A stretch of DNA of 64,000 bases, taken from positions 224,001 to 288,000 of the forward strand of contig CAVVJT010000010.1 in the NCBI GenBank assembly GCA_963748625.1, given 5' to 3'. A program made the translations under genes and the position numbers. Each line of letters begins with the position of its first letter. The stretch's first letter is position 1. The notes beneath the pieces are model-generated. The model had not been told where the DNA came from and did no database searches. It saw only the letters and a program-made list of their open reading frames with translations. Of this stretch, positions 44,732-53,819 are shown in pieces. This DNA comes from an uncultured Chloroflexia bacterium (GTDB lineage: Bacteria > Chloroflexota > Limnocylindria > Limnocylindrales > CSP1-4).

Positions 44732-45583
44732 CTACCAGGCCTTGCCAACGCTGCCGAACATCCGGATGTGGTCCTCGGCCATCGCCTTGACGGCGGCGCG
44801 CTGGACCTTCATCTGGCTCGGCGGGTCGTACTTGCCCGGGTTCTCGCTCAGGAAGTCGTAACCCGACTTCATGAACGCGACCTTGAGCGCGGTCGAGATG
44901 TTGACCTTCGCACAGCCGCGTGCGATGAGATCGGCGAACTGGTCGGCCGACATGCCCGTGCCCCCGTGCAGGGCGACCGGGATGCCGGTGGCCTCCACGA
45001 TGTCGGTGACGCGGTGGTTGTCGAGCGTCGGCGTGGTCTTGTAGGTTCCGTGGGCGTTGCCGATGGCGGGCGCGAAGATGTCCACGCCCGTCGCCTTGAC
45101 GAAGTCGACCACGGTCTGCAACGACTGGACGTGCTGCGCCTCGTCGCCGGTCATCTCCTCGGTGCGCTTGAAGCCCTCGATCTCGCCTTCCACGAGGGCG
45201 CCGTAGCGGCGGGCCTCGGCGACGACCTCGATGCACTGGGCCTGGTTCTCCTCCACGGAGAGCTTCGATGCGTCGAACAGGACGGAGTTCCAGCCGGCGT
45301 CGAGGCAGCGGCTGATCAGCATGCGGTCCGGGCAGTGGTCGAGGTGGAGGGCGACGGGCACGGTGATGTGCTTCGTCATCGAGGCCCACATCGCGTACAT
45401 CGTGTCCACGCCCGTCAGCTCGACGTGCTTGGGCGATGTCTGGACGATGAGCGGCGCGCGCAGCTCCTCGGCGGCGGCGAGGACCGCCTCCATGGTGAGG
45501 TCGTTGATGACATTGATGGCCGCGACCCCGTAGCGTTCCGCGAACGCGCGCGTGAGGATCTCCTGGGTCGGGACTACCGGCAC
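44732..45583 (-). CDS. Class II fructose/tagatose-bisphosphate aldolase
   Basis: HLDH, EGEI, GNAHG, LHGGTG, KVNIST. Confidence 0.92.
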   Translation of the reverse strand: MPVVPTQEILTRAFAERYGVAAINVINDLTMEAVLAAAEELRAPLIVQTSPKHVELTGVDTMYAMWASMTKHITVPVALHLDHCPDRMLISRCLDAGWNSVLFDASKLSVEENQAQCIEVVAEARRYGALVEGEIEGFKRTEEMTGDEAQHVQSLQTVVDFVKATGVDIFAPAIGNAHGTYKTTPTLDNHRVTDIVEATGIPVALHGGTGMSADQFADLIARGCAKVNISTALKVAFMKSGYDFLSENPGKYDPPSQMKVQRAAVKAMAEDHIRMFGSVGKAW

Positions 45584-45584
45584 G

Positions 45585-46577
45585 TCATACCTCCGATCCG
45601 GGACGCATAGGAATGGCGGTCGCCTCCTCTGCGAGGAAGCGCGCGTTGCCCTCGTCGACCACCAGCACGTCTACGGCCCCGGTCCGCAGCACGCCCAGGA
45701 TCGCCCTCGGCTTCTCGGCCCCGCTGGCGACCACGACGACGGTGTCGATTGCATGGAGCTCGTCAAGCCCGAGGCTCACAAGGCGGCCGGTCTCCGGGGA
45801 GTCCACGTTCCGGCCGGATTCGTCGACGTAGTGGCCGAGCACGTCCCCCACGGCCCCCTCGCTCCGCAGGCGCCGGATCTCCTCCACGGAGAAGCAGCCC
45901 GAGCGGACCATCGTGGCGCCGTCGTCCGTGCCACCCACGCCGACGAGTGCGACGTCTGCGGCGGCGGCCAGCCGCAGCGTGTCAGCGATCGCCTGCTGGC
46001 GCAGCAACTGGTCGCGCATCGCCTCGCTCTCGACGAAGGCGGGCGCATAGAGCTCCACGGCCTGCCCGCCGCAGCGGTCGGCGAGGCGTCGGGCGATCTC
46101 GTTGGGGTTCGTGGGCGAGTCGGCTCGCGGCGAGCTGCCCATGGCGCTCACGAACCGGGCCCGGATGTGCCGTCGGGGGCCGAAGAAGCGTGCGACCTCC
46201 GCGGTGTCCCGCCCGTGGCTCACCGCGACCACGACGCCGTCATCGAGCCTCCGCCCCAGCCAGGCGCCGGCGGCCTGGGCGACCACCTCGCGCTGTGCCT
46301 GGGGGTCCGGCCGCTCGGGCGCGACGATCACCTCGGCCAGGCCGTAGGCCTCGCGGATCTTCTGCTCCAGGTCCACGTGCAGCCACGGCGGGGTGGAGAT
46401 CCGGATGTCCACGACCCCCACAGCCCGGGCCCGATCCAGCAGCCGCTGGACCTTGGGGCGCGACAGGCCGAACTGGCGTGCCAGCAACTGCTGCGTCAGG
46501 CCGTCCTCGTAGTAGCCGATGGAGAGGCGGGCCAAGAGCTCGTACTCGTCGCGATCCAGGTCGTCCAGCGAGGGCAT
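45585..46577 (-). CDS. SorC/DeoR family sugar-binding transcriptional regulator
   Basis: YYEDGLTQ...SRPKVQRLL HTH, GAVGDVLG, LVVDE. Confidence 0.9.
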   Translation of the reverse strand: MPSLDDLDRDEYELLARLSIGYYEDGLTQQLLARQFGLSRPKVQRLLDRARAVGVVDIRISTPPWLHVDLEQKIREAYGLAEVIVAPERPDPQAQREVVAQAAGAWLGRRLDDGVVVAVSHGRDTAEVARFFGPRRHIRARFVSAMGSSPRADSPTNPNEIARRLADRCGGQAVELYAPAFVESEAMRDQLLRQQAIADTLRLAAAADVALVGVGGTDDGATMVRSGCFSVEEIRRLRSEGAVGDVLGHYVDESGRNVDSPETGRLVSLGLDELHAIDTVVVVASGAEKPRAILGVLRTGAVDVLVVDEGNARFLAEEATAIPMRPGSEV

Positions 46578-46667
46578 CGGGCCGTGGCTCTCCAAGGACT
46601 GTGAGCAAATGCCCACCGATGAGCAGGTGTGCACCGCGAATGATGCGCCGTCTCGGGAGGACCTGCA

Positions 46668-46823
46668 AGCGGGTACGTGGCGCGCTCGAGCGGGTACGTG
46701 GCGCGCTCGAGCGGGTACGTGGCGCGCTCGAGCGGGTACGTGGCGCGCTCGAGCGGGTACGTGGCGCGCTCGAGCGGGTACGTGGCGCGCTCGAGCGGGT
46801 ACGTGGCGCGCTCGAGCGGGTAC
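46668..46823. repeat. 21-bp perfect tandem repeat, about 7.4 copies
   Basis: Unit agcgggtacgtggcgcgctcg with no spacers. Confidence 0.95.
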
Positions 46824-46862
46824 CGGCCGCCTCGGGACCGGCCGCCTCGAGTCCGTTGCCCT

Positions 46863-47014
46863 CCTCCCGCCCGGCGGGCCTTGCGCGCGGAAGTCCGCAC
46901 GTTTGTGCCGCCTGGCGGGAGGCTCGGCCCGAAAACCGGCGAACGGGGCCCGTCCCGCCCGCTCGGCGGCTGGGCTGCGCAGAATCCTGCACGCAGTGCC
47001 CGCTGGGCGAGAGG
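46863..47014. mobile_element. 152-bp MITE/REPIN-like element, copy 2
   Basis: Terminal repeats cctcccgcccggcgggc / gcccgctgggcgagagg; colinear with copy 1 at a 4900-bp offset. Confidence 0.65.
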
Positions 47015-47169
47015 CGGCCGCGGCAACTGGCGGGTAGTCGGCTTGGCAGGGCCGGTCCTCGTCCGGGCAGGGCCGGTCCTCGTCCGGGCACCGCCGGGCT
47101 GGTGGCGCCGACCACGGTCCGGGCACCGCCGAGCGTGCACCAGGCCCTGCTCACCCTAGACTGCGTGTC

Positions 47170-48021
47170 ATGACCATCATCACCGCAGACGCACTGCGCG
47201 ACCTGCTCGACGACCCCCGCCTCCGCCTCTTCGACGTCCGCTGGTGGCTGACTGATCTCCCCCGCGGCCGGCGTGACTACGAAGCCGGCCACGTCCCGGG
47301 CGCCCGCTGGGTGGACCTGGATACGGTCCTCACCGCGCCCAACGGACCGGGTCGGCACCCGCTCCCCTCCCCGACCACGTTTGCGGCCTCGATGCGGGCG
47401 CTCGGGATCACGGACGAGGCGCTCGTCGTGGTCTACGACGACGCGGGCGGCACGATCGCCGCGCGCTTGTGGTGGATGCTCGACAACCTCGGGCACCGCG
47501 ATGTGCGGGTGCTCGACGGCGGGTTCCCGGCCTGGGTGGCGGCCGGCGGCCCGGTGAGCACCGACGAGCCCACCCCCAACCCGGCAGGACCCGGGACGCT
47601 CAGCCTCGCCCCGGCGTGGTCACGGGTGGTGGACCTCGCGTGGATGGTGGACCACCTGGGCACGGACGGCGTCACCGTCATCGACGCCCGCGCACCGGAG
47701 CGGTACCGGGGCGCCATCGAACCCGTCGACTCCAAGCCCGGGCACATCCCCACGGCCCTGAGCCGGCCGACCTCTGGGACTCTGCAGGCAGATGGCACGC
47801 TGCTGCCGCCCACCGTGCTCCGGGAGCGCTTCGAGAGCCTGGGCGACACGGTGATCACCAGCTGCGGCTCCGGCGTCACGGCGTGCCACAACGCGCTCGT
47901 GATACGAGTGCTCGGCCTGCCCGACCCCCTGCTGTACGAGGGCTCCTACAGCGACTGGTCGGGCAGCGGGATGCCGGTGGCGACGGGCGACGCGCCGGGC
48001 GCCTGGCCGGACACGCACTGA
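47170..48021 (+). CDS. Sulfurtransferase (tandem rhodanese, SseA-like)
   Basis: GHVPGA, GRHPLP, CGSGVTAC, YEGSYSDW. Confidence 0.92.
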   Translation: MTIITADALRDLLDDPRLRLFDVRWWLTDLPRGRRDYEAGHVPGARWVDLDTVLTAPNGPGRHPLPSPTTFAASMRALGITDEALVVVYDDAGGTIAARLWWMLDNLGHRDVRVLDGGFPAWVAAGGPVSTDEPTPNPAGPGTLSLAPAWSRVVDLAWMVDHLGTDGVTVIDARAPERYRGAIEPVDSKPGHIPTALSRPTSGTLQADGTLLPPTVLRERFESLGDTVITSCGSGVTACHNALVIRVLGLPDPLLYEGSYSDWSGSGMPVATGDAPGAWPDTH

Positions 48022-48100
48022 CCGCGGGTCCCTGGCGTCGGCGCCTGCGCCGTCGGCTTACGCGGGCGCGGGCTCTGCCGTCGGCCTGCGCGGGCGCGGC

Positions 48101-48421
48101 CTATGCCGTCGCGGACCGCCCAGCCCGGGCACGCACCACGAGGGCCTGCGCGCCGGCGGCGAGGAGGGCCGCCGCGAACCCGATCGCGAGGTCGCCGATG
48201 AGGGCCACCTGGAACCCGAACAACTCGATCTCGGGCCCCACGACCAACCCGAGCTTGTGGCCGATCACGTAGAAGACACCGAAGGCTGCCCCGAACGGCA
48301 GCAGGTACGCGGCCCATGTGCGCGGACCGCCCGTCCGCGCCACGAGGCGCACGGCGATCACGGCCAGCAGGACGGAGAAGGCCAGGAACATGAACAGGAT
48401 GGCAAATGCTTGCGGCGGCAT
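48101..48421 (-). CDS. Small membrane protein
   Basis: Three hydrophobic segments. Confidence 0.65.
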   Translation of the reverse strand: MPPQAFAILFMFLAFSVLLAVIAVRLVARTGGPRTWAAYLLPFGAAFGVFYVIGHKLGLVVGPEIELFGFQVALIGDLAIGFAAALLAAGAQALVVRARAGRSATA

Positions 48422-48878
48422 GTCGGGATCGTACCGGGAGCAGCCGATCCAGGCGCCGAGGAGCTCGTGTCCCGATCACGGTTCGCCCGCGGGTTGCGGA
48501 CGGCCCCACGGGACGTCCTCGGCCGCGTCCTCGCCGCCCCGTGGGCGGACACGCCTCCATCACCCCAACCCACGCCTCCATCCCCCAGCCATGGGGCGAA
48601 ACGGGCCGGGGCCCACAGGGATCAACCCACGGATCGACAGTCTGGGCGTCCAGCCCAGCGTGGAGCCCCTCGTTCGCCCCATACCTGGGGCGCCGCCGGG
48701 GCCGGCAGGGGCGCCGCCAGGGCGCGGCAGTGGCGCGACCGGGCGCCGCCGGGCGCCACCGGGGCGACTCCGGAGCGCTGCCGGGCGCACCGAACGCCAC
48801 CGGGGCGCCGCCGGGCGCCACCGGGCGGCGTACCACCGCCGCGGAAAGGCATCCACCAGGCATTGGCGGGACGAGGTG

Positions 48879-51137
48879 CTAGGACCGACCGCGCACCTTC
48901 GCCGAGGCAACGCTCTTGAGGCCCGCCCCGTCCACTGCCTTCACGTAGTAGTAGGCTCCGCGCCGGGTGACAATCCTGATCCGCGATCTCGTCGTGCTGG
49001 CGACGGGCCTCGAGCGGCCCACGCGGTAGATCAGGTACTTCACGACACGGACGTTGTCCGACGACGCTGCCCAGTCGAAGCTCACGCGCCTCCCGGACCG
49101 TGACACCCTGTGGAAGTGGCGCGGCCTGGTCGGCGCGGCCTGGTCGGCGGGCGTCCGGATCTCGACCGGCACCGCCGCCCCGACATTGCCGGCCACGTCG
49201 CGCGCCGCGACCGTATAGGCGTACGAGGTCGCCGGCATCCGGCCGGGATCACTCACGGAGAGACCGCTCGTCGAGGCGATGAGCACGCCGTTGCGCGTGA
49301 CGTCGTAGCCGGTCACCCCGACGTCGTCCACCGCCTCATCCCACGAGAGCCTGACGCTGGTGACGGTGGCGCTTCCGAAGACGTTCCCGGGCGCACTCGG
49401 GGCGACGACATCCCCCTCGCCACCGGAGCCGGGGTCAGGGCTCGGGGCGGGTGACGCGCTGGGATCCGGAGTCGGGGCCTGCCCAGGCGTCACCACCGTG
49501 ATCGAGGCAGCGGGCCCCAGGTTGCCCGACGTGTCCTTCGCGGTGACCGTGTACGTGTAGCTGGTGCCCTCCGCCACGCTGCCGTCGAGGTAGCCGGTGG
49601 CGCCACGGTCCAGCGATGCGATCTGGGCCCCGTTGCGGTTGACGAGGTACGTGTCGATCGCGGTGTTGTCGGTGGCGGCGCTCCAGGTGAGCTGGACGCC
49701 CGAGCTGCCGCTCATGCCGGCCGCCAGGTTGCCGGGTGCCGTGGGGGCGATGCCCTCGCGAACGCGCACCGACACCCCGGCCGACGCCACCGACAGGACG
49801 GAGAACGAGATCGATGAGACGGGGTCGGTCATCGTGCGACCCACGACGAGCGCCGCATCGGCCAGGCCGGAGCTGCTCGTCGGGGTGGCATCAAGGAGCC
49901 GGCTCTGGCGGGGATCCGTCCCGGTGGCGGTGACCAGCGCGATCCGGATCGACACGCCCACGGTGACCGGGGAGCCGGCGCTGTACGTGTCGAAGGTGCC
50001 GTACGGCGTGCGGATGTCGAGATCGAAGTAGGTGCCGTCCCCGCGGGGCACGCGCACCAGCTTCACGCCCGACGGGCCGAAGTACGGAGCGATGGTGTAC
50101 GTGTTGCCCGGCGCCCCCACGACCTTCTCCGCATCGGCGAGCAGGCCCATGTCCACGAGACCCATCCCGTGGTTGTGGCGCAGCGCGTTGTTGCCCATCG
50201 TGCTGAACGGGTCGGCGTAGTAGTCCACCTCGCAGTTGGAGGGGCTGGCGATCATGACGGGCGCGCTGCCGCTCACGCAGCGCAGGCCGTTCGCATGGCC
50301 CAGGCCGAAGTTGTGGCCCAGCTCGTGGGTGAGGACCTGGACGCTGTCGGTGCCGTTGATGTACGACCACGTGCCGCCCACGTAGGCGACCCCGGCGAAC
50401 CCGCAGTCGCTGAGGCCCGGCCACATGAACATGATGTTGGTGTAGGCGCTGAGGTTCACCCCGGCGGCCGTCGCCTTCGCGGTGGCCTGGTCGTGATAGG
50501 TCGTGCGCCACTTGGTCGAGCAGCTCGTGGACGTGGCGTCGATCGTGTACCAGCCGAAGACGTCGGCGTCGAACGTGAGCCCGCCCTTCGCCTCCTCCTC
50601 GAAGAAGTCCTTCACGCTTGCCGTGCCCGTCTCCACCTGCTCGAGGATCCGGGCCTTGGTCCACGGCTGCGTCTTGAGGTCGCTGAAGTTGACGAGCACC
50701 ACGGCGAGCTTGCGGGTGGCGCCCACGCTCAGCGTGCTGAGATCCCCCGCGCCGCCGTCGAGGGTGGTCCCGTCGCTGGTCTCCGCCGCCCAGGCACCCT
50801 TCGAGGTCGCCTTGTCGAGGATACGGATGCCCTGGCCGCGCCCGGTGCCCGCGACACGGAGGAAACCGTTCACGCGCGTCCCGGTCAGCTCTACCCGCGA
50901 GCCTGCGAGATCGAGTGCGTCACCCCGCTCGAACTCCACCGGCGTGGTCCGTGCGCGGCTGCGCAGCGTATAGGCGTAGGTGTCCGTGCCCTCGACCTGC
51001 TCGAGCGTGTCGACGTAGGCGACCTCGAGGATCCCGGAGCGCTGCTCCTGCGCGACACCACCGGGTGCGGCTGCGCTCACGGGCGCCACGACGGCGGCCG
51101 CCAGGAGCATGCCGGCAAGGACCTGGAGGAGGCGCAT
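48879..51137 (-). CDS. Secreted zinc metalloprotease (M11/M6-like) with fibronectin III domains
   Basis: HELGHNFGLGH; three W..A.D.V....Y FN3 repeats; signal peptide. Confidence 0.85.
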   Translation of the reverse strand: MRLLQVLAGMLLAAAVVAPVSAAAPGGVAQEQRSGILEVAYVDTLEQVEGTDTYAYTLRSRARTTPVEFERGDALDLAGSRVELTGTRVNGFLRVAGTGRGQGIRILDKATSKGAWAAETSDGTTLDGGAGDLSTLSVGATRKLAVVLVNFSDLKTQPWTKARILEQVETGTASVKDFFEEEAKGGLTFDADVFGWYTIDATSTSCSTKWRTTYHDQATAKATAAGVNLSAYTNIMFMWPGLSDCGFAGVAYVGGTWSYINGTDSVQVLTHELGHNFGLGHANGLRCVSGSAPVMIASPSNCEVDYYADPFSTMGNNALRHNHGMGLVDMGLLADAEKVVGAPGNTYTIAPYFGPSGVKLVRVPRGDGTYFDLDIRTPYGTFDTYSAGSPVTVGVSIRIALVTATGTDPRQSRLLDATPTSSSGLADAALVVGRTMTDPVSSISFSVLSVASAGVSVRVREGIAPTAPGNLAAGMSGSSGVQLTWSAATDNTAIDTYLVNRNGAQIASLDRGATGYLDGSVAEGTSYTYTVTAKDTSGNLGPAASITVVTPGQAPTPDPSASPAPSPDPGSGGEGDVVAPSAPGNVFGSATVTSVRLSWDEAVDDVGVTGYDVTRNGVLIASTSGLSVSDPGRMPATSYAYTVAARDVAGNVGAAVPVEIRTPADQAAPTRPRHFHRVSRSGRRVSFDWAASSDNVRVVKYLIYRVGRSRPVASTTRSRIRIVTRRGAYYYVKAVDGAGLKSVASAKVRGRS

Positions 51138-51363
51138 CTGTCTCCGCGCGACTGCTGACCAATGGACACAACGGTGTGCAGTCGAAGCGTCGGCGATACG
51201 CCTGCACGGGAACACGGGACGGCAGTGCCCCCACGCGGCAGCCGATGGTCCTACCGGGGCCTGTGCAATGCGGCGCACATGGTTGCGGCGCAGCCGATCC
51301 GGCTGCGCCGCGGTCTCCTGGCGGTCGGCGTCACCGCCGCCCGCATGATCGGTTCAGGCGGGT

Positions 51364-51774
51364 TCAGGCGCCCTGCTGCTCCCCACTCACGGCGTCCTTG
51401 GCGGACTCGGCGGCATCAGCGACGGTCTCGCTGGCGGCATCCGCGGCATCCGAAGCGGTCTCGGCGGCGGTGCCGGCGGCATCTGCGACGGTGTCGAGCG
51501 CGTCGTTGGCCGCGTCCACCGCGGCCTCACGGCGGCCCGCGGCCGCACTCTCGACACGTGCCTTGACGTCTGCGATCTGCGCGTCCATGCGGGACTGCAT
51601 CTCGGCGACGGCGCTCTCGACGCGCGAGCCGAGCTGGTCCAGGTCACGCTGTGACAGGTCGGAACGGACGCTCTCGTACGCCTGGCGCAGGTCCTTGCCG
51701 GACTGGCCCGCGTACACGACCGCTCCGATGGCCCCGATGACGACGCCCGACAGCAGGCCGACGACGAACTTCAT
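51364..51774 (-). CDS. YtxH-like protein
   Basis: FVVGLLSG..IG....YAGQSGKDLR followed by an Ala-rich helix. Confidence 0.75.
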   Translation of the reverse strand: MKFVVGLLSGVVIGAIGAVVYAGQSGKDLRQAYESVRSDLSQRDLDQLGSRVESAVAEMQSRMDAQIADVKARVESAAAGRREAAVDAANDALDTVADAAGTAAETASDAADAASETVADAAESAKDAVSGEQQGA

Positions 51775-51826
51775 GACTGGTACCTCCCCGTTCGTGGACA
51801 GTGCGGACGCGCTTGGATGTCGCCAA

Positions 51827-53755
51827 CTACTCCAGGTAGTCCTTGAGCTTGCGACTGCGCGACGGATGCCGCAGCTTGCGCAGCGCCTTCGCCTCGATCT
51901 GGCGGATCCGCTCGCGGGTGACATTGAACTCCTTGCCCACCTCTTCCAAGGTCCGAGCGCGGCCATCCTCCAGGCCGAAGCGCAGTTGGAGGACCCGCCG
52001 CTCCCGCCCCGTCAGGGAGTCGAGCACGGCTTCGACCTGCTCCTTGAGCAGCTGGTGGCTGGCGGCTTCGGCCGGGGCGAGGGCGCCTCGGTCCTCGATG
52101 AAGTCACCGAGGTGCGAGTCCTCCTCCTCACCGATCGGCGTCTCGAGCGAGACCGGCTCCTGCGAGACCTTCATGATCTCACGGACCTTCTCGGGCGTGA
52201 CGACGACGACGATCTCGGCCTCCTTCTCCTTCTTCTTGGGCGGCTCGATATCGATGTCCCGGCCGACCTCCTTGACGTTGAACCCGTCCTCCGGAAGGCC
52301 GGCGAAGTCCACCTTCGAGCGGTCGGCCAGCTGGAGGAGGACGCCCGGCGTCTTGTCGCCACGCACCTCGAAGGACACGATGTTGTCGCGCCCGCCGACG
52401 GCCGTGAAGATGCGGGTCGTGTTGTCCGGCCCCAGGGTCATCGCAAGGGCGATCTCCTCCACCGTGGGCTCGCGGCCCAGGTCCTGGAGGAGCTGGCGCG
52501 ACACGCGGATCAGGCGGTTGATCGTCTCGACCATGTGGACCGGGATCCGGATGGTCCGGGCCTGGTCCGCGATGGCGCGGGTGATCGCCTGGCGGATCCA
52601 CCACGTCGCGTAGGTGGAGAACTTGAAGCCCTTCTCGAAGTCGAACTTCTCCACCGCCCGGATGAGACCGATGTTCCCCTCCTGGATCAGGTCCAGGAAG
52701 CTCATGCCGCGCCCGATGTACTTCTTGGCGATGGACACGACGAGGCGCAGGTTGGCCGAGGTGAGCTGCTCGCGGGCGTCACGGCCGATCTTGACCACGT
52801 CGCCCTTGCGGTCGCGCATCTTGGTCTGGGGCGGGACCTCGGGGTCAAAGCCCATGCGGCGCAGCAGGTCGGCATCGTTGCCGGCCTCGATCCAGCGCTG
52901 GAGCGCCGGGTAGGCGACCTCGTCGCGCGTCCAGTCGTAGATGGCGCGCAGGCCGGGGTTGTCGCGCGAGTCGAGATCCCCGTTGTGGACCGAGAGATAG
53001 GACCAGTCGAGAATCTCGTTGAACGCTGCCGCTGTCGGCGCCTCGTTGTAGGCTGCCAGCTTCTCCTTGGCCTGCTTGAGCAGCGCCTTGGTACCGTCGG
53101 ACTGGGCGTCCTTGGCCAGCTTGGTGTACGCGATCTCGGGTCCCGGAACGAGCAGGTCGCTCGCGCCGTCGGCGGCCAGGGCATCCGCCACCATCTGGTG
53201 GGTCTCGGGACCGAAGGGCAGCCGGTGCTGCGACTTCGCGGTGCGGGTCTTGCGCTCCGTCTCGTGGAGGGTCCACTCGTGCAGCGAGACGATCGCCTTC
53301 CACGGCTCCACGATGATCTGCTCGCCCAGCTCGATCGCCTTGGCGAGGACGACCTCCTCCTCCGCGGTGAGCAGCGCGACCTTGCCGATCTCCTTGAGGT
53401 ACATCCGGACCGGGTCGTCGATCCCGATCATGTCCGCGGAGAGCGCCTCCAGCTCCTCCGTGGACGGCTCCTCCACCTCGGCGGCGTTGAGCTTGGGCGG
53501 GGCGTCCTCGGTTGGCACCGGGACGCCCTCGATGGCCTCCTCGGTCACGATCTCCAGGGAGAGCTCCGGCTCCTCGGGCAGGAGGTCGATGTCGTCCTCG
53601 TCGTCCTCGTCGTCGGACGGCGCTGCCGGCTGCACGGCCACCGCGGCGGGCGCAGCCTTCCTGCCCGACCGGCGGGCGGGCTTCGGAGCGGCCGGGGCCC
53701 CGACTGCCTCCTCGGCCTCGACTGCCTCCGGGGCGATGTCGGTCTCGTCGGTCAT
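51827..53755 (-). CDS. rpoD: Primary RNA polymerase sigma-70 factor with region-3 insertion
   Basis: [46 protein letters not shown]; downstream of dnaG. Confidence 0.95.
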   Translation of the reverse strand: MTDETDIAPEAVEAEEAVGAPAAPKPARRSGRKAAPAAVAVQPAAPSDDEDDEDDIDLLPEEPELSLEIVTEEAIEGVPVPTEDAPPKLNAAEVEEPSTEELEALSADMIGIDDPVRMYLKEIGKVALLTAEEEVVLAKAIELGEQIIVEPWKAIVSLHEWTLHETERKTRTAKSQHRLPFGPETHQMVADALAADGASDLLVPGPEIAYTKLAKDAQSDGTKALLKQAKEKLAAYNEAPTAAAFNEILDWSYLSVHNGDLDSRDNPGLRAIYDWTRDEVAYPALQRWIEAGNDADLLRRMGFDPEVPPQTKMRDRKGDVVKIGRDAREQLTSANLRLVVSIAKKYIGRGMSFLDLIQEGNIGLIRAVEKFDFEKGFKFSTYATWWIRQAITRAIADQARTIRIPVHMVETINRLIRVSRQLLQDLGREPTVEEIALAMTLGPDNTTRIFTAVGGRDNIVSFEVRGDKTPGVLLQLADRSKVDFAGLPEDGFNVKEVGRDIDIEPPKKKEKEAEIVVVVTPEKVREIMKVSQEPVSLETPIGEEEDSHLGDFIEDRGALAPAEAASHQLLKEQVEAVLDSLTGRERRVLQLRFGLEDGRARTLEEVGKEFNVTRERIRQIEAKALRKLRHPSRSRKLKDYLE

Positions 53756-53819
53756 AGGGTCGAGGTCCTCCCGGGTGGCTGGAACGGCGCTGGGACGCAT
53801 GGAGCGGGTCATGTGGGGG

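Noticed and set aside
46668-46823. Possible CRISPR array
   Set aside because: Units are contiguous with no spacers, and no cas genes are present
48480-48860. Intergenic GC-rich gggcgcc(a/g)cc repeats as an ncRNA or gene
   Set aside because: Low-complexity degenerate repeats with no recognisable RNA motif or credible ORF
52199-52438. Intein or intron in rpoD
   Set aside because: No intein-like N-terminus or C-terminal His-Asn; the frame is continuous and the insert is short
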